Part shown: positions 1 to 12,400 of the stretch, one piece after another
Layout: every line of letters begins with the position of its first letter
Numbering within the stretch: position 1 is the stretch's first letter
IMG/VR virus record: IMGVR_UViG_3300020441_000009
Location: 1-44,735 of that record
Source: a virus
Lineage: Duplodnaviria; Caudoviricetes
DNA length: 44,735 bases
Strand: one strand, 5' to 3'
The notes under the pieces: generated by a model
The model's input: the letters and a program-made list of their open reading frames with translations, nothing else
Told to the model about the DNA's origin: nothing
The model's database searches: none
Position numbers and translations under genes: made by a program

Positions 1-3000
1 GTAGACTATGATTTGGTTGAAAATAACTGGAGAAGAATTACTACTCCATATAAGATCAATTCAAAATTTGGTGGATACGATTATATCTTCAACTCCAATG
101 ACATCAAAGAACAAGTAATTGAAATTACTGGTGTTTCCAAAGGCAGTGTTGATTCTGTTGGTATTATTACTGGTGGATCGAATTATAAAGTAAATGAGAG
201 AGTTGTATTTAAGGGTGATACTAATGGTAAAACTGCAAGAGGAAAAATTACAAAGATTGGTGGTAAGATAGTAAACAATGTTGACATTGAAACTACTTCC
301 TTCACAAATATTGAATTTTTGAATGTAGGTGCTCCCAACAAGTTTGTTGGATTTATGACTTCACCACACAATCTTGCAAATAATACCAGGATGAAAATTT
401 CTGGTCTTTCAAACCATTTTGATGGTCTTGATAAGTATTACAATATTGGAATAAACACTGGTTCTTATATTCTCCTTAACAATGTTGGAACATCTGCAGC
501 AACTGGTATTGTAACTTATTTTAGTGTTGGTGGTGCATTCCAATATCCTTTCATGAGACCAAATGATATTATTGATATTGAATCTGAGAAGGTTAAAGTT
601 TTAAACAGTGATCCACTTAATAATAGAGTAAGAGTCTTGAGAGCACAGAATGGCACAACTGGTGCTGCTCATACAGGAAATGTAAAACTCTTCCAAGATT
701 CAAGATCATTCTCTATTAATGTTGGAGCACTTAAAACAACAAAGATATTAAAGACTAATACTGAATTTTATTTTGACCCAAATGAGACATTAGGTATTGG
801 TAGTGCAACAACTGTTGGTGCTGGCAAGACTATTGTATTCTCAAATCCTGGTGCTGGCGTAACAAATATTTTTGTCCCTGAACAACAACTGTTCGCTCCA
901 AATCACATATTTAAAGTAAATGATGTTGTAAACTATAGAACAAACACAGGTTCTTCAATTGAAGTTTGGAATGGTAAAGCAGGTATTGCTAAAACAACAC
1001 TTGATACAATTTCAACACTTTATGTTGCACCATTTAATGATAACTTTATTGGATTGTCCTCTAATAAAGTTGGAATGACAACTTCTGGTTATCTTGGACT
1101 TGTTGATGATACTGTAGGACTTTACTATTTTACAGGTATTGGCACAGGTGATTATCATAGTCTTAAATCAGACTTTAATGGTGTAGTCACTGGAAAAGCA
1201 CAAAGAACAAATGTTACTGTTTCTACTGCAAGTTCACATGGTCTTTTTGTTAATGATCAAGTAATATTCAAGTTAAATCCCACAAATCAACAAACAGTTG
1301 TGGTTAAGTATGATGATTTTAATAGAAGAATTGTCTTTGATCCACAAACATTTGCTGCATCTGATGTTGATACAACTCTGAATACAATTGGTGTCACCAC
1401 TAGTATTTTTAAGACAGGTGATAAAATCATTCATACCTCAGGGACACCTGCAGGTGGTTTGGTAAATGAGAAAATGTATTATGTCTATTTGGACACTCCA
1501 ACACAGATTAAACTTGTTGAAGAGAAATTTGAACTTGAAAAAATCTCTCCAAATTTTGTAAATATCACATCTGCAGGTATTGGAACTATTGCAAAAATAA
1601 ATCCTGCAATTCAGGCATCATCAAATATAAAATTTGACCTTTCTGATCCTTCATTATCATTTACTTCAAACTCAATTAAATATCCTGCATTTGAAATGAA
1701 GATGTTTAGTGATTCACTTTTCATCAATCAGTTCTTAACATCACATAGTTCTGATTTTGAAGTACAAACATCAGGAGTTGTTGGCACAGATGGTGAACTA
1801 ACACTCAATACAAAGCATATGCCATCTTCTTTGTATTACAAGTTTGAGAATGTAAATGACAACTTTATTACAGATGAAAAAAGGTTAGTTATTGATGAAG
1901 ATGTTATTTCAAACAATACTGTATTTAAATCTAATTCCTTTGTTGATGGAACTTATACAATTACTGGAATTGGAACAACAACTTATAATTTTGATCTAGA
2001 CAATACCACGTTAACAACTACTTTTGACAAGACAACTTCAAAACCAGAATATGAGACACCATCCATAAATGCATATGGTTCAATCAAGTTTGTTGATTTG
2101 GTTGATAACAATTATGGATATAAGTCTATTCCAGGTATCTCTTCAATCAAGAGTGGAATTGGCACTGGCGCTATTCTTTTTGCTGAGTCAAAATCAATTG
2201 GTCAGATAAGAAACACAAAGTTCCAATCCAATAATATTGGTTGGAATTATCCAACAGATCAAACTCTTAAACCAACAGCAAATCTACCTGAAATAGTTGA
2301 GATCAATCCACTTGCATCATTTAAAAGAATTGGTATCACAACATCTGGATCAGATTACTTAGTGGCACCATCTCTTATTGTAAGAGATGGTGTGACAAAT
2401 GAGATAGTTGATTGTGATATTAATTATCAATTAGGTGATCCTGAAGTCAATATTGTTGTAAACTCAAGAGGTTTCTATCCTACTATACCAAGAATTATTC
2501 CAACTAATAATTCTAATGGATTTTTAATTAATAGTGTAACTCTTTCTGGAACAACTGTTAGATTAGGTCTTACAAATCAGTTTAGTAGTAATGATGAATA
2601 TCCTTTCTTCATTGGAGGAAATGTATATGTTGAGAGTATAAGTATTGGTATTGGGACCACAGGAAAAGGGTATAACTCAGAACAATATAAGCACAAACTT
2701 TTTGAAGTTGTTGGTGTTAATACAAATGCTGGTGGTGCAGGTGCTTATGTTGAATATTCTTTAAAAGATGATCTTGGTGCAAATGAAGTTCCTGGAAATG
2801 TTGTTTCCTTTGGCGGAGCAAGAGTTATTCCAGAAGCACATTTTCCTGTTTTTGAACCTATTCTTGGAAAGAATAAATTCTCCAATGATGAGACTGTAAG
2901 TTGGGGTCCAGGATTAAACGGTATTGTTGATAATTATGATGAAGATACTGATATTCTTAAAATAAAAACTTCAAATGATCTTCCACTTGGTAAAATTATT

Positions 3001-6000
3001 TCTGGTGTCTCTTCAAAGACGCGTGGTATTGTTGTAAAGAAATGGGACTTTGATGCAGACATTAAAACTGGTGCTGGTGCAACTGTTAATTATGGTTGGA
3101 CAAGATCAACTGGTTTCTTGAATGATGGTCTTCAAAGAATTCCAAATAATGATTACTATCAGAGATTTTCATATTCAGTTAAATCTGAAGTTTCATTTGA
3201 CAAGTGGGACAATACAGTTGGTTCACTGAATCATACTGCAGGATTTAAAAAATTCTCAGATTTGCAAGTAATTAGTAAAACTGAAGATCAAGATCTTACA
3301 CCAAATGTAAATGACACTGAAATGTCATTTATTGTTGATTGTATTGGAGAAGGTGATCTTAATTGTATGCACGACTTTGATCTTGCAAAAGAAAATCTGT
3401 TTGATGTTAATGGTAAAACTGTCTCAGACACAGTTTTCTTTGAGAATATTATTCTAACTGATTACTTTGAGTCAAAAGGAAACAGAGTATTGGGTGTTGA
3501 TGATGTAAGTGAAGAATTTAATAGTAATGAAAGATTGGAGGCATTCTCTGGGATTGCTGAATTTACTCCTGGAGTTAAATTTGTAAAATCACTTTTCTAT
3601 GTACAAGACACAACATTTACTGATGAAAGACAATTTGAAATATCAACAGCAATAGTTGATGATGAATTTGCATATATGACCAGTTATGCAAAGATGTATA
3701 CGTTCCCAGAACTTGGACATTTTGATGTTGCAGTAACAGAGAATGAGTGGAACTTTGAGTTCCATCCAATTAAGTTCTCATTAAACAACTATCTTGTATC
3801 ATCATTCTCATTTGCATTTGAACCAACCACAACTGGAATTGGAACAACATCATTTGGTGACATTGTTCATTACATGAGTCAAGAGGTAAATGTTTCCACT
3901 GGTGCTACAACAAATGTTGTTTCTGTTGGTACAAGTTTTAGATCACTGAAGGTTCTAAACCTCCTGGTATCAGGAGATGATTATCATTTTGCTGAATTAA
4001 ACATCATTCATAATGGTTCAGATGTAAGTTTTGTTGAATATAACAATATTGATGAAAATTCAAATGTTTTGTATGGTGGTGGTATTGGAACATATAGTGC
4101 TGCCATAAGTGGTTCTGATCTCCTTCTTAAATTCCATCCAAATGCAGGTATAGCAGCAACATCATACAGTCAAATTGTTACTACAACAGCAGGTTCTGCC
4201 AGCTTCCCAGGTATTACAACTATGAACACTGCTAGAATTGGTAGTGCTTATACATCAATTCCTTCCTCTGGATCACCAACTGCACATGTTGTATCTCAAT
4301 ATGATACATCAACTATATCTGAGAAGTATAGTGCATCTTATCAAGTAATTACTGTTGAAGATACTGCAAATGGTGATTATGAAATGTTTGAAATTGGAGT
4401 TATTAATTCTTTGACAATTCCAACACAAGGAATCACTCCTTATGGTGTTGTTGAGACTGATTCATCACTTGGAACCATTGGAATCTCAACATCTGGAAAT
4501 TTTGTTAGGGTTACATATACTGCAAATCCTGGTATTGCTGTAAAGGTAAAATCATTCTTTGTTGATTTAAGGGAACTTTCTCCAACTGAAACATTTAATA
4601 AGATTAATCTTAATGATGGTTATCTAAGAGGACAGAGTGGAAACTATTTTGGCACAAGATCAAGTGTTAGAACATCATTTGATCTTAAACACAATGGTGA
4701 TCCAATTTTTGTAAGACAGTTTGATGGATCTTCAACAACTGGTGTTGATACATCAACAAATAAGATTTCACTTCCAAATCATTTCTTTCAAAGTGGTGAG
4801 GCAGTCAAATACACAATCACTGGTGTTGATCAAAGAATTGGAATTGTAACAACTGATTTTGGTGGAAGCGTTGGATCAACATCTCTGCTACCAACAGATT
4901 TGTTTGCTGTCAAAATTAATGATGCTCAAATTGGATTTGCTACAAATGCAACTGATGCACAAGCAATCAATCCAACTTTAGTCCAATTTACTAACGTTGG
5001 TGTTGGTAATTCACATTTCATCACTGCTACAAAACAAAACACTAAAGCATTGGTGTCAATTGATAATATGATACAAGCACCAATTTCTAAAACAGGAATT
5101 GCTGCAACATTATCAAATGATATTGTTTTTGAAACCAATTTTGCAACAAGTGGTATTGTTACTATTTCATCAAATGATATTGTCAAAATTGATGATGAAT
5201 TTATGAGAGTCACATCTGTTACTGGTACTGGAACAACGATCTTTGTTGTAAGACCAGTTCTTGGATCAGTAATTGGAGCACACACTGCTGGTTCAACAAT
5301 TGAAAAGTTTGTTGGCAATTACACAATTACTGGCAATACACTGAATTTTATAGATGCACCTTATGGCAATATTCCTTTAGGCACATCAACAAATCCACCA
5401 GATGAAAGAGATTTTACAGGTATCTCTACAAGATCTACTTTCCATGCAAGAGTATTTCAAAAGAGAGGTGTAGAAGGATCTACATTTGAAACTTATAATT
5501 CTAACTTTGTATTTGATGATGTTTCAAATGGATTTACAGGTGTCACAAGCAACTTTACTCTGAAATCTGATGGTGCAAATGTAAGTGGAATTACATCAAA
5601 TACAATCATGCTTGTGAATAATATTTTCCAAGCACCACAAGGTGTTCAGGGAGGTGAACTTGGAGAATATCAAAACTTTGAAAGTTCAGGTGTAACTACT
5701 GTTAGATTTACAGCAGGTCTTGGAACACCAACTGGGTATGATCAGAACCAAGGTGGTCTTCCAATTGGTGGACTAATTGTATCTGTTGGTTCAATTGAAG
5801 GTGCTGGATATCAACCACTTGTAGGTGCAGGTGGAACTGCTGTTATATCTGTTGGAGGCACTGTCCAATCAATCAGTATAGGCAATAGTGGTTCAGGATA
5901 TAGAACAGGTGTTGTGACAGCATACAATGTGGGTGTACAGACATATAGTGGTGTGTTACCTGTCTTGACTCATGTTGGCACTGCAACTATCAGCAATGGT

Positions 6001-7875
6001 CATGTAACTGGATTTAATATTACCAATGGTGGAGTTGGATTTACTAGTGCTAATCCACCTGTTGTTGTAATTGATGAACCAGTAAGTTATAATGACATTC
6101 CTCTTGTTTATTCTTCATCTTCATCAGGAGTTGGAACTGAAGCAACTGTTAGTATAAAAGTTGGTCAAGGTTCCAGTGTAATTGAGTTTGAAGTAACTAA
6201 CTTTGGATATGGATTTAAGATGACTGAAGTTCTGACAGTTCCTGTAGGAGGAACAACTGGCATTCCTACTGACCCATCAGTTTCATTCAGTGAGTTTCAA
6301 ATTTCAATTCAGGAAGTTTATAATGATAACTTTAATGGTTTTTCACCAGGTGAATTTGAAGTTCTTGATAGAATTGATGGTCTATTTGATGGAGAGAAGA
6401 AAGTGTTCCCGCTTACTCTTCAAAATGAACCTATTTCAATCAGAGCATCAAGAGAAACTAATATCCAAGTAGATCAAACTATCTTGGTCTTTATTAATGA
6501 TATTCTACAAGTTCCAAATGTTTCTTACACATTTGAAGGTGGAAGTCAAATTACATTTAATGAAGCACCTGAAGGACCTGGTTCAGGCATCCCAGAGGGT
6601 GATACATCTAGAATACTTTTCTATAAGGGTGGTGGTTCTTCTGATGTTGTGTTCAGAGATGGTGAACCAACAATTAAAATTGGTGATACAGTTGAATTGA
6701 ATGCTGATATTGATGGTGGTCAAAGTATTGTCTTTGATGAAGATAAGAGAGTAGTAACTGGCATAACAACAATTGATGCTGTACAAACTAATCTCTATCG
6801 TGGTCCTGGACTTGCAAATGATAGAACTTTAACAAGACCTCTTGATTGGTGTAAGCAAACTGTAGATAAAAAGATTAATGGTCAGTTTGTTGGCAAAGAT
6901 AGAATAAAATATGAACCAGCAATTTTCCCTGCTGCTTATCTGACATCATCTGTTGGTATTGATTCTACTTTTGCATATGTTGATACTGTAAGACCATTAT
7001 TCAATATTGCAAATGAATCTTCTAATAGAGTATTCCAAAACTCTGTAACCCTTATCTCTCAAAATTCAACAAGTGATGCCACTGCAACTTCCACTGTTTC
7101 AACAGGTGGAACTATATCATCTGTGACTATTACAGATGGTGGTTCAGGATATGATTTCACTCCCACAGTAACCATTGCAGGCATTGGTACATTGGGCACT
7201 CAGGCAACTGCTACTGCCTCTGTAACAGCAGGAGTGGTTACAAGTGTTACCATCACTAGTGGAGGGACTAATTACACTTCACAACCTTTGGTGTACATTC
7301 AACCACCTAAAATCACAAAAGAGGTTATCAAGGTTAATTCTTACACAGGTGATTATGGTGTGATTGTTGGTGTTGGAAGCACAACAGTTGGAGCACAAAA
7401 ACAATTGTTCTTTGACACATACATTCCAACTAATTCATTCATGAGAGATGCAAGTGTTGTTGGAACTCCTGTCTCACGCAGTAATGTCCAACCTGGTGAC
7501 CTTATTGTCATTAAAGACACATTCTTATCAATTGGAAGCACATTTGCATCTGAGGTAGGTGTTGGTAATACTTTCCTTGATTGTGTTTACAAGGTTGGTT
7601 CAGCATCAACTGAAATGGTAAAAGTTTATAATGAAAGCAGTGTTGGTGTTACAACAGCAGTAATTAGAATAAGATGTAATGTTGATACATTTGGTCCAGG
7701 TATTGCACACACTGTAAGACCATTCATGGGTAATTATAGTTGGGGCAAGATAAATTTTGAGGAAAGAATTAATACCAAGACTTTTGATGCATATAACAGC
7801 ACTGGGGTTACTGGTATTTCAACTGCTGGTCTTGTTCAGAGAAGTGCTTCTCTAAAATTCAAGGACTACACATAA
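1..7875 (+). CDS. gp7: Giant baseplate wedge initiator (gp7-like), 5'-truncated by the window edge
   Basis: Frame 1 is open from position 1 (VDYDLVENN...), so the TTG start at 13 is probably internal. Contains a baseplate-wedge-like segment 'NDYYQRFSYSVKSEV...W...V..LNHTAGFKKFSDL' and GxGY..P.V.I beta-repeats, and lies directly upstream of gp8 as in T4-like cyanophages. Confidence 0.75.
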   Translation, partial: VDYDLVENNWRRITTPYKINSKFGGYDYIFNSNDIKEQVIEITGVSKGSVDSVGIITGGSNYKVNERVVFKGDTNGKTARGKITKIGGKIVNNVDIETTSFTNIEFLNVGAPNKFVGFMTSPHNLANNTRMKISGLSNHFDGLDKYYNIGINTGSYILLNNVGTSAATGIVTYFSVGGAFQYPFMRPNDIIDIESEKVKVLNSDPLNNRVRVLRAQNGTTGAAHTGNVKLFQDSRSFSINVGALKTTKILKTNTEFYFDPNETLGIGSATTVGAGKTIVFSNPGAGVTNIFVPEQQLFAPNHIFKVNDVVNYRTNTGSSIEVWNGKAGIAKTTLDTISTLYVAPFNDNFIGLSSNKVGMTTSGYLGLVDDTVGLYYFTGIGTGDYHSLKSDFNGVVTGKAQRTNVTVSTASSHGLFVNDQVIFKLNPTNQQTVVVKYDDFNRRIVFDPQTFAASDVDTTLNTIGVTTSIFKTGDKIIHTSGTPAGGLVNEKMYYVYLDTPTQIKLVEEKFELEKISPNFVNITSAGIGTIAKINPAIQASSNIKFDLSDPSLSFTSNSIKYPAFEMKMFSDSLFINQFLTSHSSDFEVQTSGVVGTDGELTLNTKHMPSSLYYKFENVNDNFITDEKRLVIDEDVISNNTVFKSNSFVDGTYTITGIGTTTYNFDLDNTTLTTTFDKTTSKPEYETPSINAYGSIKFVDLVDNNYGYKSIPGISSIKSGIGTGAILFAESKSIGQIRNTKFQSNNIGWNYPTDQTLKPTANLPEIVEINPLASFKRIGITTSGSDYLVAPSLIVRDGVTNEIVDCDINYQLGDPEVNIVVNSRGFYPTIPRIIPTNNSNGFLINSVTLSGTTVRLGLTNQFSSNDEYPFFIGGNVYVESISIGIGTTGKGYNSEQYKHKLFEVVGVNTNAGGAGAYVEYSLKDDLGANEVPGNVVSFGGARVIPEAHFPVFEPILGKNKFSNDETVSWGPGLNGIVDNYDEDTDILKIKTSNDLPLGKIISGVSSKTRGIVVKKWDFDADIKTGAGATVNYGWTRSTGFLNDGLQRIPNNDYYQRFSYSVKSEVSFDKWDNTVGSLNHTAGFKKFSDLQVISKTEDQDLTPNVNDTEMSFIVDCIGEGDLNCMHDFDLAKENLFDVNGKTVSDTVFFENIILTDYFESKGNRVLGVDDVSEEFNSNERLEAFSGIAEFTPGVKFVKSLFYVQDTTFTDERQFEISTAIVDDEFAYMTSYAKMYTFPELGHFDVAVTENEWNFEFHPIKFSLNNYLVSSFSFAFEPTTTGIGTTSFGDIVHYMSQEVNVSTGATTNVVSVGTSFRSLKVLNLLVSGDDYHFAELNIIHNGSDVSFVEYNNIDENSNVLYGGGIGTYSAAISGSDLLLKFHPNAGIAATSYSQIVTTTAGSASFPGITTMNTARIGSAYTSIPSSGSPTAHVVSQYDTSTISEKYSASYQVITVEDTANGDYEMFEIGVINSLTIPTQGITPYGVVETDSSLGTIGISTSGNFVRVTYTANPGIAVKVKSFFVDLRELSPTETFNKINLNDGYLRGQSGNYFGTRSSVRTSFDLKHNGDPIFVRQFDGSSTTGVDTSTNKISLPNHFFQSGEAVKYTITGVDQRIGIVTTDFGGSVGSTSLLPTDLFAVKINDAQIGFATNATDAQAINPTLVQFTNVGVGNSHFITATKQNTKALVSIDNMIQAPISKTGIAATLSNDIVFETNFATSGIVTISSNDIVKIDDEFMRVTSVTGTGTTIFVVRPVLGSVIGAHTAGSTIEKFVGNYTITGNTLNFIDAPYGNIPLGTSTNPPDERDFTGISTRSTFHARVFQKRGVEGSTFETYNSNFVFDDVSNGFTGVTSNFTLKSDGANVSGITSNTIMLVNNIFQAPQGVQGGELGEYQNFESSGVTTVRFTAGLGTPTGYDQNQGGLPIGGLIVSVGSIEGAGYQPLVGAGGTAVISVGGTVQSISIGNSGSGYRTGVVTAYNVGVQTYSGVLPVLTHVGTATISNGHVTGFNITNGGVGFTSANPPVVVIDEPVSYNDIPLVYSSSSSGVGTEATVSIKVGQGSSVIEFEVTNFGYGFKMTEVLTVPVGGTTGIPTDPSVSFSEFQISIQEVYNDNFNGFSPGEFEVLDRIDGLFDGEKKVFPLTLQNEPISIRASRETNIQVDQTILVFINDILQVPNVSYTFEGGSQITFNEAPEGPGSGIPEGDTSRILFYKGGGSSDVVFRDGEPTIKIGDTVELNADIDGGQSIVFDEDKRVVTGITTIDAVQTNLYRGPGLANDRTLTRPLDWCKQTVDKKINGQFVGKDRIKYEPAIFPAAYLTSSVGIDSTFAYVDTVRPLFNIANESSNRVFQNSVTLISQNSTSDATATSTVSTGGTISSVTITDGGSGYDFTPTVTIAGIGTLGTQATATASVTAGVVTSVTITSGGTNYTSQPLVYIQPPKITKEVIKVNSYTGDYGVIVGVGSTTVGAQKQLFFDTYIPTNSFMRDASVVGTPVSRSNVQPGDLIVIKDTFLSIGSTFASEVGVGNTFLDCVYKVGSASTEMVKVYNESSVGVTTAVIRIRCNVDTFGPGIAHTVRPFMGNYSWGKINFEERINTKTFDAYNSTGVTGISTAGLVQRSASLKFKDYT

Positions 7876-7880
7876 TCCCC

Positions 7881-7888
7881 TATAAATA
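7881..7888 (+). promoter_or_regulatory. T4-type late promoter (TATAAATA) for gp8
   Basis: Exact gp55 consensus TATAAATA, ending 20 nt before the ATG at 7909. Confidence 0.85.
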
Positions 7889-7908
7889 AACAAAAAAGTC
7901 CTAATAAA

Positions 7909-9465
7909 ATGGCTGCGATAATAACTGATCAACTTCGTATATTAAATGCAAAAAACTTTGTTGCTGGAGTACAATCCAGCAGCAATTCTTATTATACGTT
8001 TATTGGTTTGCCAAATGCCACTGATTATTCTTCTACTTGGGAAACCACACCACCATCTCCAAAAGATAGTCTTGATCAGTCAAATGATTATTGGGACACA
8101 ATGATTGCCTTGAAGAAGGTGACTAGTGGGGATGTAACTCAGGTTGTTTCAAAAAATACTTGGTCATCTGGAAACATCTATGATATGTGGAGAAATGACA
8201 TCACAAGGTCAAATCCTTCACAACCATCTGGATCATTTAACATCTATACATCAAACTATTATGTGATGAATAGTGATTATAGAGTCTACATTTGTCTCTA
8301 TAATAACGCAAGTCCAGAGAATAATTTCAAAGGAAGTCCTTCACTGGATGAACCAACTTTTACAGATTTAGAACCAAAGGCAGCAGGTTCAAGTGGTGAT
8401 GGATATATTTGGAAATATCTTTATACAATCAAACCTGGTGATGCCATTAAGTTTGATTCAACAAACTATATTCCTGTTCCAAATGACTGGGGAGATACAA
8501 CTGAGACTTCAACAGTAAAAGCAAATGCTGCTTCAAGTGGTCAATTAAAAATTATCACTATTAGAAACAGGGGTGCTGGTCTTGGAAATGCTAACACATA
8601 TACTGGTTTAACCATCAAGGGTGATGGAAGAAATGGTAAAGCAACTGTTGTTGTAAATGCTGACAGTAAAGTTCAATCAGTTACTGTTACCAATGGTGGA
8701 TCAGGTTATACATTTGGTTCAGTTGATCTCACTGAAGTGGGTATAAGTGGTTCAACTAATCCAGTGTTTAATGTAATCATTCCTCCTCCAGGTGGTCATG
8801 GTCATGATATTTACACTGAACTTGGAGCATATAATGTTCTGACATATTCAAGATATGAAAATGATACTGAAAATCCAGATTTTATCACTGGTAATCAGTT
8901 TGCAAGAGTAGGACTTGTTGAAAACCCTCAGCAATTTGGTTCAACAACTCTTCTTTCTTCAGACAAAGCTGCTGCAACATATGCATTGAGATTAACAGGA
9001 GCTGGTTATAGTTCAGTTACTTTCACACCAGATGTAGAAATTATACAGACTGTAGGATTAGGATCTACAGCAGTTGGTAGAGTAATTTCATATGATCAGA
9101 ATACTGGAGTTCTTAAGTACTGGCAAGACAGGACAAATGCAGGATTTAATTCTGATGGTACTTTAAATGCTGCACCTAAATATGGATTTGTTAATATTCC
9201 ATTCAATGCAAATGCACTTTCAAACACTGGAGGAAGTTTAAACATTGTTGGAGGATCTGCAACATTACAGATCAGTACTTCATTTTCAGGTATTAGTACT
9301 GTAATAAATAATAAGACATATAATCTTGGACAGGAATTTACAATGGGTGTTGCAAATCCTGAATCCAAAAAATACTCTGGCAATATCATATATGTTGATA
9401 ATAGACCTCCAGTAACAAGGTCTACCACCCAGAAAGAAGACGTCAAAATCATTTTGCAATTCTAA
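7909..9465 (+). CDS. gp8: Baseplate wedge subunit gp8
   Basis: MAAIITDQLRILNA N-terminus, 'YYVMNSDYRVYICL', 'DGYIWKYLYTI', and C-terminal 'SGNIIYVDNRPPVTR..QKEDVKIILQF' typical of T4-like gp8. Confidence 0.9.
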   Translation: MAAIITDQLRILNAKNFVAGVQSSSNSYYTFIGLPNATDYSSTWETTPPSPKDSLDQSNDYWDTMIALKKVTSGDVTQVVSKNTWSSGNIYDMWRNDITRSNPSQPSGSFNIYTSNYYVMNSDYRVYICLYNNASPENNFKGSPSLDEPTFTDLEPKAAGSSGDGYIWKYLYTIKPGDAIKFDSTNYIPVPNDWGDTTETSTVKANAASSGQLKIITIRNRGAGLGNANTYTGLTIKGDGRNGKATVVVNADSKVQSVTVTNGGSGYTFGSVDLTEVGISGSTNPVFNVIIPPPGGHGHDIYTELGAYNVLTYSRYENDTENPDFITGNQFARVGLVENPQQFGSTTLLSSDKAAATYALRLTGAGYSSVTFTPDVEIIQTVGLGSTAVGRVISYDQNTGVLKYWQDRTNAGFNSDGTLNAAPKYGFVNIPFNANALSNTGGSLNIVGGSATLQISTSFSGISTVINNKTYNLGQEFTMGVANPESKKYSGNIIYVDNRPPVTRSTTQKEDVKIILQF

Positions 9466-9471
9466 AGAATT

Positions 9472-12400
9472 ATGCCACAGGAAACTAATCTCAACGTTGC
9501 TCCTTATTTTGATGATTTTGACGCAACTAAAAACTATAATAAAGTTTTATTCAAACCCGCCTATCCAATTCAGGCAAGAGAATTAAATAATATTCAATCC
9601 ATCCTACAAGGACAGATTGAAGCAATGGGTGACAACATTTTCAAAGAAGGAAGTGTTGTTATTCCTGGAAATTCATCATATAAACCTAGATTTCATTGTG
9701 TACAGATTCAATCAGAATTTTTAGGTGTTCCAGTAAATCTTTATCTTGATAATCTTGTTGGAAAAAAAATTATTGGAAGAACATCTGGAATTACTGCAAA
9801 AGTAGTTACTTATATTACTAATCAACAGTCAGATAATGGAAACTATACATTATATCTGAACTATGAAGATTCTAGTGATGATGGAAATTCTACTGAATTC
9901 TTCTTTGATGATGAAATTCTTGTAACACAAACACCATTAGAATTTGGTAATTCATTTATTTCTGCTGGTGAGGGATTTGCTAACACAATTATTTCAGGAG
10001 CAGCAAGAACTGGTACTGCATTTACTCAAAGTGCAGGTATCTTTTATCTTAGAGGTAATTTTGTTACTGTAGATGATCAGATTCTCATTCTGGATCAATA
10101 TACCACTGCGTCTAGTTATAGAATTGGTTTTCAGATTGAAGAAAAAATTATTACAGCAGATGATGATGGTGATCTTTATGATAATGCAAGTGGATTTAAT
10201 AACTTTACAGCACCAGGAGCTGATAGACTTCAAATTATTGCTAGATTAGCAAAAAAGGCAATCAATAATTTTGATTCGCAAGGTTTTGTTCAGGTTGCTG
10301 AAGTACAAAATGGTTCTCTTAAAAATGCAATAAACAACAGTCCACAGTATAATGAACTTGGTAATGAATTAGCAAAAAGAACATTTGATGAGTCAGGACA
10401 TTATTACATTAAAGAATTACAGACAAAAATTAAAGAAAGTCTGAATAATCTTGAAGGAAATAGAGGTGTTTATAGAGAAGATCAATTAACACAAGGAGGA
10501 AATGTTCCTTCTGATGATCAAATGATCTATCAGGTTTCACCTGGTAGAGCATATGTAAGAGGTTTTGAGACTGAAATTAAATCACCACAATTTCTTGATG
10601 TTCCAAAACCAAGAACTGCCAGAACCATGGCAAATACTGGTGTAACATTTGATTTTGCACCAACTTTAAAAGTTAATAATGTTACTGGAAATGCACCTAT
10701 TGGGTTTAATACCAGCAACACTCTTTCTCTGAGAAGTCAGAGAGTTGGATTAAACAAATTTAATGCACCTGGTGAAGAAATTGGTAAGGCAAGAGTTTAT
10801 GACTTTGCTTTAGAGTCAGGTGCGTATGATGTTGCCAATTCAAATATCAATCAGTGGGACCTTTCAATTTTTGATATTGAATTTAAAAATGAAATTGTTC
10901 TCAATGTAGATGCTTCTCTTACAAAGTCATCAATTGTTGAAGGAAAACAAAGTGGTGCTATTGGATATGTTCATACTTCAAGCACAGGTATTGCACATAC
11001 TCTCTTTAATGTAAGAGGAGAATTTGTAAGGGGTGAACCAGTTTTCCTTAATGGTGATGAAGATCAGAGAAGATTTCTTGTTTCAACTAGACAATATTCT
11101 CTCTCTGATGTAAAAGCAGTACGTGGTATCGTTGGAACAGCAAATACATTTACTGCTGACATAATTCAAAGTCCAATTTTAACCTTTGATAATGCAAGAA
11201 TCAGTGCCAGTAGTGTAGGTGTTTCAACTGTAACTGTTCCTGCACTTGATGGAGGCACTTTTGTTGGTGTTGTCACAACTGGTAACTTAATTACTTATGA
11301 AAGACCAGGACTTTTTGATGTTTCAATGGCAAGAGTGGTTGCTGTTGGTTCTTCAAATTTTGAAATATCAGGTGTCACCACTGTTACTGGTGTAGTTGAT
11401 GGTCAACTTCCAAGCTCCATCTTTGATGCAAATGATTTAAAAATTGTAACAACAAAACTAGCAGATTCATCAAATAGTGGAAATGATGCTGGAAAGAATT
11501 CATTATATACAACACTTCCAAATCAGAATGTAAAGTCTGTTAATTTAAATGGGTCTAATATCACAATTAGAGTTAAAAAGAATATAACTATTAGCACAGC
11601 AGGTGAAACTGGTGCTATTGGTGTTGACGATATAGATAACCAGATTTGGACTAATTTTGATGAAGAAAGATATTCTCTTCAAAATGATGATGGAACAACT
11701 CAAGTTCTTACAAGTGACAAATTTTCATTCAATGCAGCAAGAACTGAGTTAACCATAAAGGGGTTGACTGGAAATGGACCAGCAGTTCTTATTGGAACTG
11801 TCTTACAATCAAAAGTAACTGCAAAGATTAAGAGAAAAAATATTGTAACTAAAATCTCTATTGACAAATCTATTGATCCAACTTCAGGAATTGATGCAGT
11901 TGGATTTGCAGGAACCACATTGAATGATGGTCTTACCCACGGTGATTTCCCATTTGGAACAAGAGTTCAAGATGATACAATTTCTCTGAATAAAGCAGAT
12001 GCTTACACTGTTCATGCAATTTATGAATCAATTGATGTAAATGATCCTTCAGCTCCTACGCTGACAATTAGTAATGCAACTGGACCAAGTGGAAATACAA
12101 ATGACTTATCAATTGGTGAGGTCTTTATTGGTAATTTAAGTAATGCAAAGGCAGTATATCTTGAGAAAAACTCTACATCTTCAATTACCTTTGCATATTT
12201 AAACAACAAACAATTCCAGAGTGGTGAGATTATTTCTTTTGGGACTTCTGGTGTGCAAGCAAATACCTCTGAGATCACTGCTGGTTCACCAAATGTTACC
12301 TCTTCATTTGAATTTGATAATGGTCAGAGAAGTGACATCTATGATATTTCAAGAGTAATTAGAAAAGCAAAGTCACATGTTCCAACTAAGAAACTTATAA

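Noticed and set aside
13-15. TTG start for the first ORF
   Set aside because: The frame is open back to position 1, so the gene most likely begins upstream of the window.
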